From NCBI RefSeq assembly GCF_963921235.1, contig NC_086097.1, positions 97,404,001 to 97,468,000 on the forward strand: DNA of 64,000 nt, given 5' to 3'. Shown piece after piece: positions 47,850 through 60,723 of this stretch; positions within the stretch are counted from its first letter, which is position 1, and each line of letters begins with the position of its first letter. This DNA comes from Mobula hypostoma (taxonomy: Eukaryota). The position numbers were made by a program, and so were the translations under genes. The notes under the pieces are model-generated. The model saw only the letters and a program-made list of their open reading frames with translations, had not been told where the DNA came from and searched no databases.

Positions 47850-50640
47850 CTCAGATGCAGGCTACAATGTACGGGTGACCACCAGGAGAAGTAAGGGAGT
47901 AAGCAGCAAGAGGAGATTCCCTTGTGGCGGTACAGGAGAAGGATGAAGCAGGCAGAGCACTAGTGACAGGGGTCTCGATAGGAAGGAGCACCGATAGGCA
48001 AGGTCATCCCTAAGTCAAGGACTTCTCACATCAGGTACAAGACGTTCTGAGGGAGCAGGCCGAGTAGTGAGAGGTTGTGGTCTGTACAGGGAACAGTAAC
48101 ATAGGTAGCATCAGGAACGAGGACCTGTAAAGGGATTTCGGGGCACTGTGTAGCAGGACTTCCAGAGTTGTAATCTCAGAATTATTACCTGTGCCATGTA
48201 CAAGTGAGATGAGAAATAGATAGAAATTGCAGTTCTATATGTGTCTAAGGAGTTGGTAGCGTGGGGGGGTGGGGGGAGCTTCAGATTGATGGATGCCTGT
48301 AAAGGCAATCTGGATCTGAGCTGAACTGAATTACATTAATTCTGAAATGGAGGGGAACAGATGACCTCACTGGGGATTTTGCTGTTGGTACTCAGGAATG
48401 GCAGGGGGATGGGAACTACAGCAGTGGAAGGTAGGGTTGAGAGCAGTAAAGATGGCATGACAAATACGACTGAAAGTAACAGGGAGGGGCAGACTAATTA
48501 AGATGGTGGGCTGATGGAGCTAGATGTGTTTCACAACATATGCCGGTGATATTAAACTGATTCTGGTGTGTTTATTTCAAGACTAACGAATAGGGAGAAT
48601 GAACCTAGAGTCTGAATCAGTGCATGGAATTATGTAGTTCTTGCTACTCCAGAGGTCTGACTGTGTGAGGGATGGAACTGGCAGCTCAGTTTCCTGGTTA
48701 TTCCTGTCTTAGATGTGGTGGAGGAAGTAAAGGAGATGGAAGGCTTGCACTGCTGATAAGGAAAATGTCACTGAAGCACTTAGAGAGGGACATTGGAGGC
48801 CTTATCCATGAATATAATTTGAGTGGAGCTCAAAATAAGAAAGGTGCAATTATATGAATGGCATTATACTATAGAGCCTCTAAAAGCCACTGAGTCACGG
48901 AGAACGATGAGTCAGCATACAGAGAGGAGGTGCAGTGGCTAACGGACTGGTGCAGAGCCAACAACCTGTCTCTGAACGTGAACAAACCAAAAGATGGTTG
49001 TTGACTTCAGGAGGACACGGAATGACCACTCTTTGCTGAACATCGACGACTCCTCCCTAGGGATCGTTAAGAGCACCAAATTTCTTGGTGTTCACCTGGC
49101 GAAGAATCTCACCTGGTCCCTCAACACCAGCTCCATAGCAAAGAAAGCCCAGCAGCGTCTCTACTTTCTGCAAAGACTGAGATAAGTCCATCTCCCACCC
49201 CCCATCCTCACCACATTCTACAGAGGTTGTATTGAGAGCATCCTGAGCAGCTGCATCACTGCCTGGTTCAGAAATTGCACCATCTCGGATCGCAAGACCC
49301 TGCAGCGGATAGTGAGGTCAGATGAGAATATCAACGGGGTCTCTCTTCCCACCATTACAGACATTTACACCACACACTGCATCCGTAAAGCAAACAGCAT
49401 TATGAAGGACCCTACGCACCCCTCATACAAACTCATCTCCCTCCTGCCATCTGGCAAAAGACACCGAAGTATTTGGGCTCTCATGACCTGACTATGTAAC
49501 AGTTTCTTCCCCCAAGCCATCAGACTCCTCAATATCCAGAGTCTAGTCTGACACCAACCTACTGCCGTCTACTGTGCCTATTGTCTTGTTTATTATTTAT
49601 TGTAATGCCTGCACTGTTTTGTGTACTTTATGCAGTCCTGGGTAGGTCTGAGGTCTGGTGTAGTTTTGTGTTGTTTTTTACGTAGTTCAGTGTAGTTTTT
49701 GTATTGTTCATGTAGCACCATGGTCCTGAAAAATGTTGTCTCGTTTTTACTGTGTACTGTACTAGCAGTTATAGTTGAAATGACAATTAAAAAGTGACTT
49801 GACTTGACTTGAATACATATGTAGACAGTTTATGGAAAGGTGTGGAAACGCCAGGATTTCCATAGAGTTCCGGTATTGACTGGAACTTCTTTAATACAAG
49901 AGGCTTAGATAGGGTAGCTTCCAAGAAAGGTCTTTCTTTCCAAACAGTTTGTGGGAAGTTGAACCAGAGGATGAAACCTATTAGACCTGGTTTTGGGAAA
50001 TGAGCCTGACCAGGTGACAGACCTGATTGTGGCTGAACATTTTGGGAATAGTGACGACTACTCATTATGTTTTAAGATAGTTATGAGTAAGGATAAAATC
50101 TGATCTTGTGGGGAGATATTATATTGGAGAGGAGGTTAAATTATAACAATTAAGGTCGATAAGACCCCAGGACCTGGTAGGAAATATTTCAGAATATTGA
50201 AAGGAGCAAGTGAAAGGATATTGAAAGGAGATTGGTGTGGCTTTGACAAAGATTTTTATGTCCTCACCAGCAAAAAACAAGGTCCCATTGCAATGAAGAG
50301 TAGCAAATACTGTTCCTTTGTTCCGGAAAGGTAATAGGGAAAATCCAGGTAACTATAGGCCGGTGAGCCTCACAACAGTGGTAGGGAACTATTGGAGAAG
50401 ATACAGTATTTAGGGATAGGATTCCTGCACATTTGAAAAAGCATGGCTTGCTTAAGGATAGTCACATAGCTTTGTACACAGCGTTGAGGTAAGAGGGCTC
50501 TTGGTGTTTGGTTCATGGTTCACTGAAAGTGGCTATGCAAGTGGATAAGACAGTAAAGAAGATGGACAGCATGCTTGCCTTCGTTGATCTGTGCATTGAG
50601 AATAAGAGTAAGAAAGTTATGTGGCAGTTATATAAAACTT
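47850..50640 (+). mobile_element. Highly decayed CR1 (ORF1/EN/RT relics) hosting a Rex insertion
   Basis: ISELLPVP-like ORF1 relic, KTPGPG and NYRPVSLT-like relics. Confidence 0.55.
48893..49812 (+). mobile_element. Rex1/Babar-type LINE 3' portion
   Basis: [30 protein letters not shown]; (CTTGA)n tail. Confidence 0.85.
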
Positions 50641-50644
50641 TAAT

Positions 50645-51820
50645 ACCTACAGAAAACACCTATGTCAGAATGCCATTCAACAACTATAGCTCAGCAATTA
50701 ATACCATCATTCCCACAATCTTGATTGAGATGTTGCAGAACCTGGGCCTCTGTACCTCCTTCTGTAATTGGATCCTCGACTTCCTAACCGAAAGACCACA
50801 GTCTGTGCGGATTGACGATCAACACTGGCGCACCTCAGGGGTGTGTGCTTAGCCCACTGCTCTACTCCCTGTATACACATGACTGTGTGGCTAGGCATAG
50901 CTCAAATACCATCTACAAATTTGCTGACAATACAACCATTGTTGGTAGAATCTCAGGTGGTGACGAGAGGGTGTACAGGAGTGAGATATGCCAACTAGTG
51001 GAGTGGTGCCACAGCAACAACCTGGCACTCAACGAAAAAGCTGGTTGCAGACTTCAGGAAGGGTAAGACGAAGGAACACATACCAATCCTCATAGAGGGA
51101 TCAGAAGTGGAGAAAGTGAGCAGTTTCAAGTTCCTGGGTGTCAAGATCTCTGAGGATCTAACCTGGTCCCAACATATCGATGTAGTCATGAAGAAGGCAA
51201 GACAGCGGCTATACTTTATTAGGAGTTTGAAGAGATTTGGCATGTCAACAAATATAATCAAAAACTTCTATAATTGTACCATGGAGAGCATTCTGACAGG
51301 CTGCATCACTGTCTGGTATGGAGGGGCTACTGCACAGGACCGAAAGAAGCTGCAGAACGTTGTAAAGCTAGTCAGCTCCATCTTGGGTACTAGCCTACAA
51401 AGTGCATCTTTAGGGAGCGGTGTCTCAGAAAGGCAGCGTCCATTATTAAAGACCTCCAGCACCCAGGACATGCCCTTTTCTCACTGTTACCATCAGGTAG
51501 GAGGTACAGAAGACTGAAGGCACACACTCAGCGATTCAGGAACAGCTTCTTCCTCTCTGCCTTCCGATTCCTAAATGGACATTGAACCCTTGGACACTAC
51601 CTCACTTTTTTAACATACAGTATTTCTGCTTTCTGCATGTTTTTTAATCTATTCAATATTTGTATACTGTATAAGTATACTGAATAAGATTTTCTTATTT
51701 ATTATTATTTTATTTTTTTCTTCTTCTATATTATGTATTGCATTGAACTGTTGCTGCTAAGTTTCATTTACAAATGTCATGACCCATGCCAGTGATAATA
51801 AACCTGATTCTGATTCTGAA
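50645..51820 (+). mobile_element. Rex1/Babar-type LINE RT to 3' end
   Basis: [33 protein letters not shown]; (ATTCTG)n tail. Confidence 0.87.
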
Positions 51821-51825
51821 TTCTG

Positions 51826-52720
51826 AATAGTGTTGAGGAAATAGGTAGGATGCAGAAGGACTTAGACAGATTAGGAGAATGGGCAAGAAAGTGGCAAACG
51901 AAATATAATGTTGGAAAATTCATGGTCATGCGCTTTGGTAGTAAAAATAAATGTGTGGATTATTTTCTAAGCGGGGGAGAAAATCCAAAAACCTGAGATG
52001 CAAAGGAACTTAGGAGTCCTTGTGCAGAACACCCTAAAGGTTAACTTGCAGATAGAGTTTGTGGCGAGGAAGGCAAATGCCATGTTAGCATTAATTTCAA
52101 GAGGTCTAGAATACAAGAGCAAAGATCTGATACTGACGCTTTATAAGACACTGGTGAGGCCTCACCTTGAGTATTGTGAGCAATTTTGGGCCCCTCATCT
52201 AAGAAAAGCTGTGCTGGCATTGGAGAGGGTCCAGAGGAGATTCACAAGGATGATTCCGAGAATGGAGGGGGTTATCATACGAGAAACGTTTGATGGCTCT
52301 GGATTGGAATTTAGAAGGATGAAGGGGACCTCAATGAAACCTTTCAAATGTTGAAAGGCCTTAGACAGAGTAGATGTGGAAAGGATTTTTCCCATGGTCG
52401 GAGAGTCTAGGACAAGAGGACACAGCCTCAGGATAGAGGGGTGCCCTTTCAAAATAGAGATGCGGAGAAATTTCTTTAGCCAAAGGGTGGTGAATTTGTG
52501 GAATTTGTTGCCACATGCAGCTGTAGAGGCCAGGTTGTTGGGTGTATTTAAGGCAGAGATTGATAGGTTCTTGATTGGACATGGCATCGAAGGCTACGGG
52601 GAGAAGGCCAGGAACTGGGTTGAAGAGGAGAAAAGAAAAAAAGATCAGTCATGATTGAATGGTGGAGCAGACTCGATGGGCCAGATGGCCTAATTCTGCT
52701 CCTATATCTTATGGTCTTGA
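51826..52720 (+). mobile_element. CR1 3' portion
   Basis: RPHLEYCEQFW, RRNFFSQRVVNLWN; tail CTTATGGTCTT. Confidence 0.87.
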
Positions 52721-54426
52721 CCCCAGGGCCTTGTACTATTGTACTTAGAGTTAATTGGATTGTATTTTTAGTTATCAGTGTCTCGAATCTCTCCTTAAAT
52801 AAACACTTATTTACTTGTTTATTATTTTTTTAAATTTTTTTTCTCTCTTCTATATTATGTATGGCATTGAACTGCTGCTGCTAAGTTAACAAATTTCATA
52901 TCACATGCCGGTGATAATAAATCTGATTCTGATTCAGATATCTCCTTGCACTGCCTGTCATCCATTTGAATAGGACCGGAGATTTTGCTGGGTTGGTAAA
53001 GGTGATAATCAGCTTTAATATCAGCTACCACAGGAGCTGGAAAAATATTTAGTAAATAAGACCTGAATGGAAAGAGGTGCAAATGGGAAGGTGGAGGCCC
53101 TATGGAAGAGATAATCCTCCATAGAGAGAGGATTGGAGAGATAACACACTCATCAGAATTTTAATTTTATTGCATTAAGCTGGATAAAATTGGAAGGGAG
53201 AAGATGGAAGATACTGCCTCATAGTCCAAAGGAGACCAGATGGATATAGCCATTCATGATACAAAAAGTGAGGGCCATCTGATAATCCTTCTTCAGGATA
53301 TCAGAGATTAAAAGCAAATAGCTCATCTTTCATATAAATTTAAATTCCAGCCAAAAAGTTTTCAAAGTGCTAAGAAGGTGATGCAAATGAGGAGATATTG
53401 AGAAAAATGTTTATCTCACACTAAAACAAGTATTACAGAGGTATAAAATGGTAGTGATAAAGATACAGCACAGGAACAGGCCCTTCAGCCCACTGAGTAA
53501 ATACTGAACCACTCATTTACACTAAACCTACACGAATCCCATTTTCTTTATTTCCTCCACATTCTCTAACCTTTTCCCCAGGTTCTACCATCCACTCGTG
53601 CTTCAAGAAATTCCCTTCTAACCCAAGTTTTGCTCTACCTCAAAGATATTCACAGAAGAGTACTTAAAAAATGGGAATTTTCTTCAATATAAATGCAATG
53701 AATTTTCGTCTCTTTTTCTTTTAGTTGCCAGCTGCTAGAAATTATGTGGAATATTCAAACAGGCAAATTGCATCTTACCATAATAAATCAACTGTCCTCA
53801 ACATTCCTTCAGTCAACTCCAAGAGGTGTAAATAGAGACAAATTAGTGTCAATAGCTATACTAATGGACCTTTGGAGACTCATGCAGGAATATTTGTGGT
53901 TTCTAACAGTCTTGATTTGTATTGTAAAACTTAGAGCTTTCGCAGTGGTGGAAAAGGTGACAATATTGGTCAAATTTCCACTATGGCTGTTCAGGAAGCT
54001 AGATTTGGAAGTGTGCCTAGTGGACTGTCATGTACAACTAGTAAACAGTTGAAACATCAGCTAACCAAAAGCCAACATGGGTCAGTGCGTACAACAATGA
54101 AGAATGAATGAGATGGTACAAGTTAGAAACTTGGGCACCAGAGGTATGGTTGACATCATGGAAAATATAATGACGTTGTAGTAGTGTACCGGAATAATCA
54201 AATGAATAGACAAGATAAAGTAGACAGCAAGAACTGGAGATGTATTGGGACGTAATTCTAAAACTTTGGATCTGGGCTCCTGAATTCAAGATTGAGTGTG
54301 TAGAACATTAGATGGACGAAAGAGTGATGCAGATTTCCCTGATGGTTGAAGACTAGAAGAGTTTGCAGACATTGGAGGTATGGATGAAGCAGAATTAAGG
54401 GTCCATGGAAAACCTAAACATTGGGA

Positions 54427-55063
54427 TGTTTCCCATTTTTGCTTTGACTTATGGGTTCCTTGTTTAATTGTCTGTTCTTGAATCAAATTATACATACAAG
54501 AAATAAATTTTTTAATTTTCCCTTTTTGAATTAAAATTTCAACTTCATTAGGTTTTGGCAAAAACATTGTTTGACCCAGCTTACCTTTTAAGTAAGCCCT
54601 TAATTGAAAGTAATAAAAGAAAGTATTATTAGATATTTTATATTTATCCTTTAATTGTTCAAATGACATCAATATACCTCGGTCAAAACAATCTCCTATA
54701 AATTTAATCCCTTTTTGGTACCAATTATATAAAAGTTGATTGTCCATTGTAAAAGGAATAAGTCTGTTTTGGAACAAAGGTCTCCTTGCGAATAGAGATT
54801 TCTGTGTTTCATTATCAACATTTATCTTATTCCATAGATCAATCAAATGTGTTACTATAGGAGATTGTTTCTTTTCCCGTATCAATTTAGATTCCCATTT
54901 ATATATAAAATCTTCAGGCCTATTTTCTCCTATCTTGTTCTGATTCGTATTTAAGTATGGATCGTTGGAATAATGAAATGGCTAGTTCTATTCCACTCGA
55001 AAAAATTACTTATAATTTAAGAGATAAATATGTAACATTTTTGAATATTTGGCGCCCTTATTT
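54427..55063. mobile_element. L1-clade fragment with a 5' inversion
   Basis: Minus strand 54427-54940 encodes W..KGI...SFEQLKDKYKI....FFYYFQLR; plus strand 54941-55063 encodes the ORF2 end LEKITY...FLNIWRPY. Confidence 0.75.
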
Positions 55064-55214
55064 TGATGAAAGCCAATGCACCATATGCTTTCTTAACCAC
55101 ACAGTCAACCTGCACAGCAGCTTTGAATGTCCTGTGGAGTCGGACACCAAGATCCCTCTGATCCTCCACACTGCCAAGAGTCTTACCATTAATACTATAT
55201 TCTGCCATCATATT

Positions 55215-55900
55215 TGTACTGGGAAGAGGGCATGTTCTGGTTGGTAAGGTTCCTCAATGATGGATGCCATTTTGAGGCAGGTTCTTTTGAAGATGTCCTC
55301 GATGGTGAGGAGGGCTGTGCCATGTTGGTACTGAATGTGCCTCTTGCAATCCTGTGCATTGGAACCTCCATACTCAGCTGTGATGCAACCAGTCAGAACG
55401 CTCCAGTGTACGTCTATAGAAAGAGTCTTTGGTGAGGCACCAAATTTCCTCAGACCCCTAATGAAGTCGAGCCACTGGTGTGCCTTCTTCATGATTTCAT
55501 CACTGCCTTGGGTCCAGGCCATATCTTCCAAAGTGCGGCCACCCAGGAACTTGAGGCTGCTCACACTTTCCACAACGATCCCTCAGTGAGGAACTGCTTG
55601 TCCTCCGTTCTCTCAACTTCTCTTTCCCTTTCCCCACACTCAATGTCAACAAGACCAACGAACTCCTTTCCACAATTGGTCTTACTGATGTTGAGTGTGA
55701 GGTTGTTGTGATACCACTCAACCAGCTGATCTCACTCCTGAATGTCTCCTCATTGCCATCTGTGACTTTATCAACAACGGTGGTATCATCTGTAAATGTA
55801 GATGACATTTAAGCACAGCCACACAGTCATGAGAGAGTTGGGCAGTGGACTAAGCATGCAACGTTGATGTGCACCTGTGTGATTGTCAGCGAGGAGATGC
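55215..55900 (-). mobile_element. Decayed Rex/Babar fragment
   Basis: TFTDDTTVV, LKFLG and KKAHQWL motifs. Confidence 0.7.
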
Positions 55901-56384
55901 TATCACTAATCCATATTGACTCTGCTCCCCTGCACTTTGTTTCCAGGAAATCCACATCGAGATGTTGGGCTTTAGATGTAATCCCTGTGAACAACTGGTG
56001 CTTTGCCTCTGACGTGAATCATCACATTTGGTCTGGATACCAGAGAACAGATTATGCCTACTGAGAGGTGTTCTAAAACAAAGCATGGGAGGAAACTAGC
56101 ACAGCAAAGAAAATGTGAAGGCCTACTCTACTGTGGACAGGTTGGACTTCAGTAGAACCTGCCAATAGTTCACCTCTCACTACCATCTGATCTACTCTGA
56201 TAAAGTTCTCCGCTGAAAAATAACAGACACTCCAGGTGAAGGATAATTAATCCTGCTTGTCTTCTGTCACTAGTTCTTCACACGATGATGCAAATATTCC
56301 CTAATAATCTTATACAGACCTTGAGAAACCTCTTAACATGTTTTACCATTCTTTACTCAATTGCTGATACATTTAGTATCGCAA

Positions 56385-56984
56385 GGTTCCTAAGATTGTC
56401 ATAGCCAGGGGTGGTAGTGGGGATAAGCTCCCACTACCTATAAGGTGCTCCAAATGGCGTGCGACTCTAACAGCCTCTGACAACCAAGTCCAACTCTTGG
56501 CCTTCACGTGTGGCTGAGTTACTAGGCCCAGTGGAACTGTTTCTACTGACAAGAGAAGGGGCAAAGGCGGATCACTGGCACCTCAAAACCAGTTGCTTCG
56601 GGCAGATGGGGCTCGTCAGCCTCGGACGGCAGCCCGGCTAGGAGAAGGAAAACTCTGATTTTAAACCTCCGCTGCCTTGCAGCCAAATCCACCCATGGGA
56701 AAGGCTTCGGGAGCAAACCCCAAAAAAGAAATCTGGAGCTGGGGTCCCTAAGGCAGTCTGAAGTTGTATGCAACTTCACTCTGGCAACCTCTGACACTGG
56801 TGCCAAGCTGTATCGGGTGCTTGCCCTTCCCTTGGACGACATCAGTGACGTGGAGAGGGGGAACCCTCTGCACGGGCAACAGCTGCTTCTGCAAATCTTC
56901 CGGCCTAGGCTTGCGCCCTGGAGAGGACACAGTCCACCAGAGGCACAAACCCATGATCCCCTGTGATCGATGACTGCCTACTAC
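56385..56984 (+). mobile_element. RTE-derived non-autonomous element, copy 2 (complete, 600 bp)
   Basis: 11-bp TSD TAGTATCGCAA (56374-56384, 56985-56995); (CTA)n tail; no RT ORF. Confidence 0.8.
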
Positions 56985-57224
56985 TAGTATCGCAAACCTC
57001 TCTTCATGAGAATTGTTTCTCATTCATGTTAACACTATTGTGAATGAAAGCTCTTAAAGCTTCTTTCTGTAATGGGCACTCCCATCTCCTTCTCCATCCT
57101 TTGGTTCCAATTCTCTCTCTCACCCATCAAACCTGTAATGTATTTCTGCCCATACTGCCCTTGTCACCAGTCAAATCATCCTAATTTCCTCCCATTTCCA
57201 GTTCACTGACACCTACTGACACAC

Positions 57225-58210
57225 CCTGACTGGAGACCTGTGACTAGTGGTGTGCCACAGGAACTGGGACTAGGCCCATTGCTGTTTGTCATCTGTATCA
57301 ATGATCTGGATGCTAATGTGGTAAACTGGATCAGCAGATTTGTGGATGACACCAAGAATATGGGTTGGTGGACAGCGAGGTTATCAAAGTTTGGAACAAG
57401 ATTGGGACCAGCCAGAAAAATGGACTGAAAAATGGCAGATGGAATTTAATGCAGAGAAGTGTGAGCTGTTGCACTTTGAAAGGACAAACCAGGGTAAGAT
57501 TTACACAGTGAGTGCTGTCACAGATAGATAGCATCATAAGGAGAGCTCTTGGCATGTTGGCCTTCAGAAATCAAAGTATTAAGTGCAGGAGTTGGGATGT
57601 TATATTGAGTTTCCGGGAAAGGCTAAATAAGTTGGGACTTTATTCCACTAAAGTGAAGAAGGGAGTGGGTAGGGGGTTTGGAGTTTGCGAGCTTTGTTTA
57701 TTTGTGCTTTTCATGTAGGGAGGGGATAGTATCTTCTTTCAATGACTCCTGTGGTTTTTTCTGTATTTCATGGCTATCTGGAGAAGACGAATATCAGAGT
57801 TGTATTATACATGCATACTTCGACAATTAAACGAACCTTTGAGAATGAGGTGAGATTTTATTGAGGTGTACAAAATTATGAGGGGTATAGGCAGGGCAAA
57901 CACAAGCAGACCTTTTGCACTTAGGTTGGATGAGACTACAACTGGAGATCATGAGTTAAGTGTGAAACGTAAAATGTTTAAGGGGAGCATTAGGGGGAAA
58001 CTTCCCAGAGGGCAGTGAGAATGTGGAACAAGCTGCCAAGAGAAGTGGAGTATGCAGGTTTGATTTCAACATTCAAGAGAAATTTGGGTAGGTACATTGA
58101 TAGGAGGGCTATGGTCAGAGGGCAGATGGATGTGATTCAGCAGATTAATAGTTCAGGATGGGTAGATGGATCAAAGGACCTCTTCCTGCGCTGTAACGTC
58201 CTATGACTCG
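57225..58210 (+). mobile_element. Decayed CR1 with an L1-like 3' tail fragment inserted at about 57650-57840
   Basis: SGVPQELGLGPLLF, RFVDDTK. Confidence 0.65.
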
Positions 58211-58259
58211 ATTGGCCCCTTGCCCAACCCTACACTTCACATGACTCAGGAAGTCATAT

Positions 58260-58660
58260 GCGCAACATACTGGAGGAACTCAGCAGGTCAGACAGCATTC
58301 ATGGAAACGATCAGTCAACGTTTCGGGCCGGAACCCTTCATCAGGACTGTAGAGGGAAGGGGCAGAGGCCCTATAAAGAAGGTGGGGGGAGGGTGGGAAA
58401 GAGAAGGCTGGTAGGTGCCAGGTGAAAAACCAGTAAGGGGAAAGATAAAGGGGTGGGGGAGGTGATAGGCAGGAAAGGTGAAAAAGGAATAGGGGAAAGT
58501 ACAATGGGTAGTAGAAGGAGGCGGAACCATAACGGAGGTGATAGGCAGCTGGGGGAGGGGGCAGAGTGAAACTGGGATGGGGGACGGGAGGGGGAGGGAA
58601 TTACCGGAAGCTGGAGAATTCAATGTTCATACCAAGGGGCTGGAGACTACCCAGACAGTA
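58260..58660 (-). mobile_element. Penelope-like pLTR, second subfamily
   Basis: GLQPLGMNIEFSSF on the minus strand; purine-rich body on plus; hammerhead motif. Confidence 0.75.
58312..58349 (-). ncRNA. Minimal hammerhead ribozyme motif
   Basis: CAGTC-CTGATGA-A-GGGTTCCGGCCC-GAAAC-GTT-GACTG. Confidence 0.72.
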
Positions 58661-60044
58661 TATGACTCAGGAAGTCATGACTTACATGACCTCCTACTCA
58701 AGGTTTCTAATTCTGTACTGCTTCAAGCATACCTGACTGTCTGCAATAGGCTTTGCAGGACAGGGTTAGAGTCAAAGGAAAGGACGGGAGTCAGTGCAAG
58801 AAGGTTGTAGTGAGAAACATTCAAAGCAGGCAGTAACTTCAATACACAGGAAGCTCATGGTCCAGTCAGAAGAATCCCAGACAACCAGGAAGAGCAGACA
58901 ACCTTAATGTGAACTCTCAGTGTTCCCATCAAATGCTAAATGATTTTGGTCAGGTTACTGAGACATTATGCAGTCCTGCAGTTGGTATATGATGGACTTC
59001 CCAAACATTCTTAGGAGTCAACACCTTAAAAAGGGAAACTAAATTCTCCATCATTGCTTTCTGAACAAGATACAAAAACCACACTTTAGGATTGACTCTG
59101 CTCTTCAAGAGCTCTTTTCTTTAATCACCAAAACTACTTGTTTTCACTGCCGCAATCCTCCGATCTCTCCTCTGTCACTCAGAGTCTGGGCATGACTACT
59201 TTCAGCACAGTAACCATACGGTCTCAGCAGGCAGCTAATCCAAGTGAGATAGCAAGGTATATCACAACAATCTACTCCTGCCATTGTAGCCTTCTGTTGT
59301 CATTGCACCGATAAGTCAGCTCTTGTTATTTGCCTGTTTTACCACTGAGATTTTAGAATAAAATGGCTGGCTGTTATTTTCCCCTTGAACTTGATAGAAT
59401 TGGAATGTCGCCTGGAGATTGCACTAAGGTTCAAAGATGTAGTGTATATCTCTCTATAACATTAAGTTTGTGACCCATATACAAGACCAGCACTGCATTC
59501 TATAGCTTTCAAAACCTCCCATTTCCTTGTTATCTTTGTCACGTTCTACAAAGCCCAAAGATTCTAAACCAAGAAGCATCCTGCCCAATCTGATCAAAGT
59601 CAAGGTCACGCTTATTGCCATATGCACAAATACAGGTATGCACAGGTGCCCTGAAAAACTTACCTGCAGCAGATTCACAGGTGCATAGTATCAGGCATAG
59701 ATCATTCACAAGAAAAACATAAACTATTCAAAATTGTGTGAGAAAGAGCAGTTAGAACAAAATCCACTGTACTCCAAAGTGGTCACAATGTTGCTATACC
59801 AAGGCAGCTTTTAGATTGTGCAGATTATCCTTGTGCTCAACACAAATTCTGAAACTTCTTAACTTCCGGCATAAATTTAAAATAAATATTTTTAAGATAA
59901 AATTCTCCTATTAATATTTGTGCTCTCATAACTCTTCCACAGCAGGTCATTGTCTGGAAACTACAAAGTTCTTTGGGATATTTTCTAAAGTATCATAACT
60001 ATAAACTGAAAATCAATAAACTACAAAAGCAACAATTCCAAATT

Positions 60045-60723
60045 AAGACCATAAGACATAGGAGCAGAATTAGGCCATTTGGCCCATCAAGTCTTCTCCA
60101 CCATTTCATCATGACTGTTTTATTCTCCCTCTCAACACCATTCTTTCGGCTTCTCCCTGTAACCCTTCATGCCTTGAATAATCAAGAACCTATTAACATC
60201 TGACTTAAATGCTCCCAATGACCTGGCCTCCTCAGCTGCCTGTGGTAATGAATTACACAGTTTTGCCACCCTCTGGCTAAAGAAATTCCTTCTCATCTCC
60301 ATTCTAAATTGATATCCTTCCAATCTGAGGCTCTGGTCCTGGACCCCCCTCCCCCGCCACTATATGAAATATCCTCTCCACATCCACTCTATCTGTGCCT
60401 TTCAACATTCGATAGGTTTCAGTGATATCTCCATTCATTCTTCTCAGTTCCAGCAAGTACAGGCCCAGAGCCATCAAATGCCTTTCATATGTAACCCTTT
60501 CATTCACAAAATCATTCTAATGAACCTCCTCTGAACCCTCTGCAATATCAGTGCATCCTTTCTTAGAAAGGGGGCCCAAATCTGCTTGCGATACTCCAAG
60601 TGAGGTCTCACCAGTGCCACATAAAGCTTCAGTATTACATCTTTGCTTTTATATTCTAGTCCTCTTGAAATTAATGCTAACGTTGCATCTGCTTTCCTTA
60701 CCACCGATTCAACCTGCAAGTTA
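60045..60723 (-). mobile_element. Older CR1 3' end
   Basis: RRNFFSQRVAKL, RPHLEY; tail AAGACCATAAGAC on plus. Confidence 0.8.
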
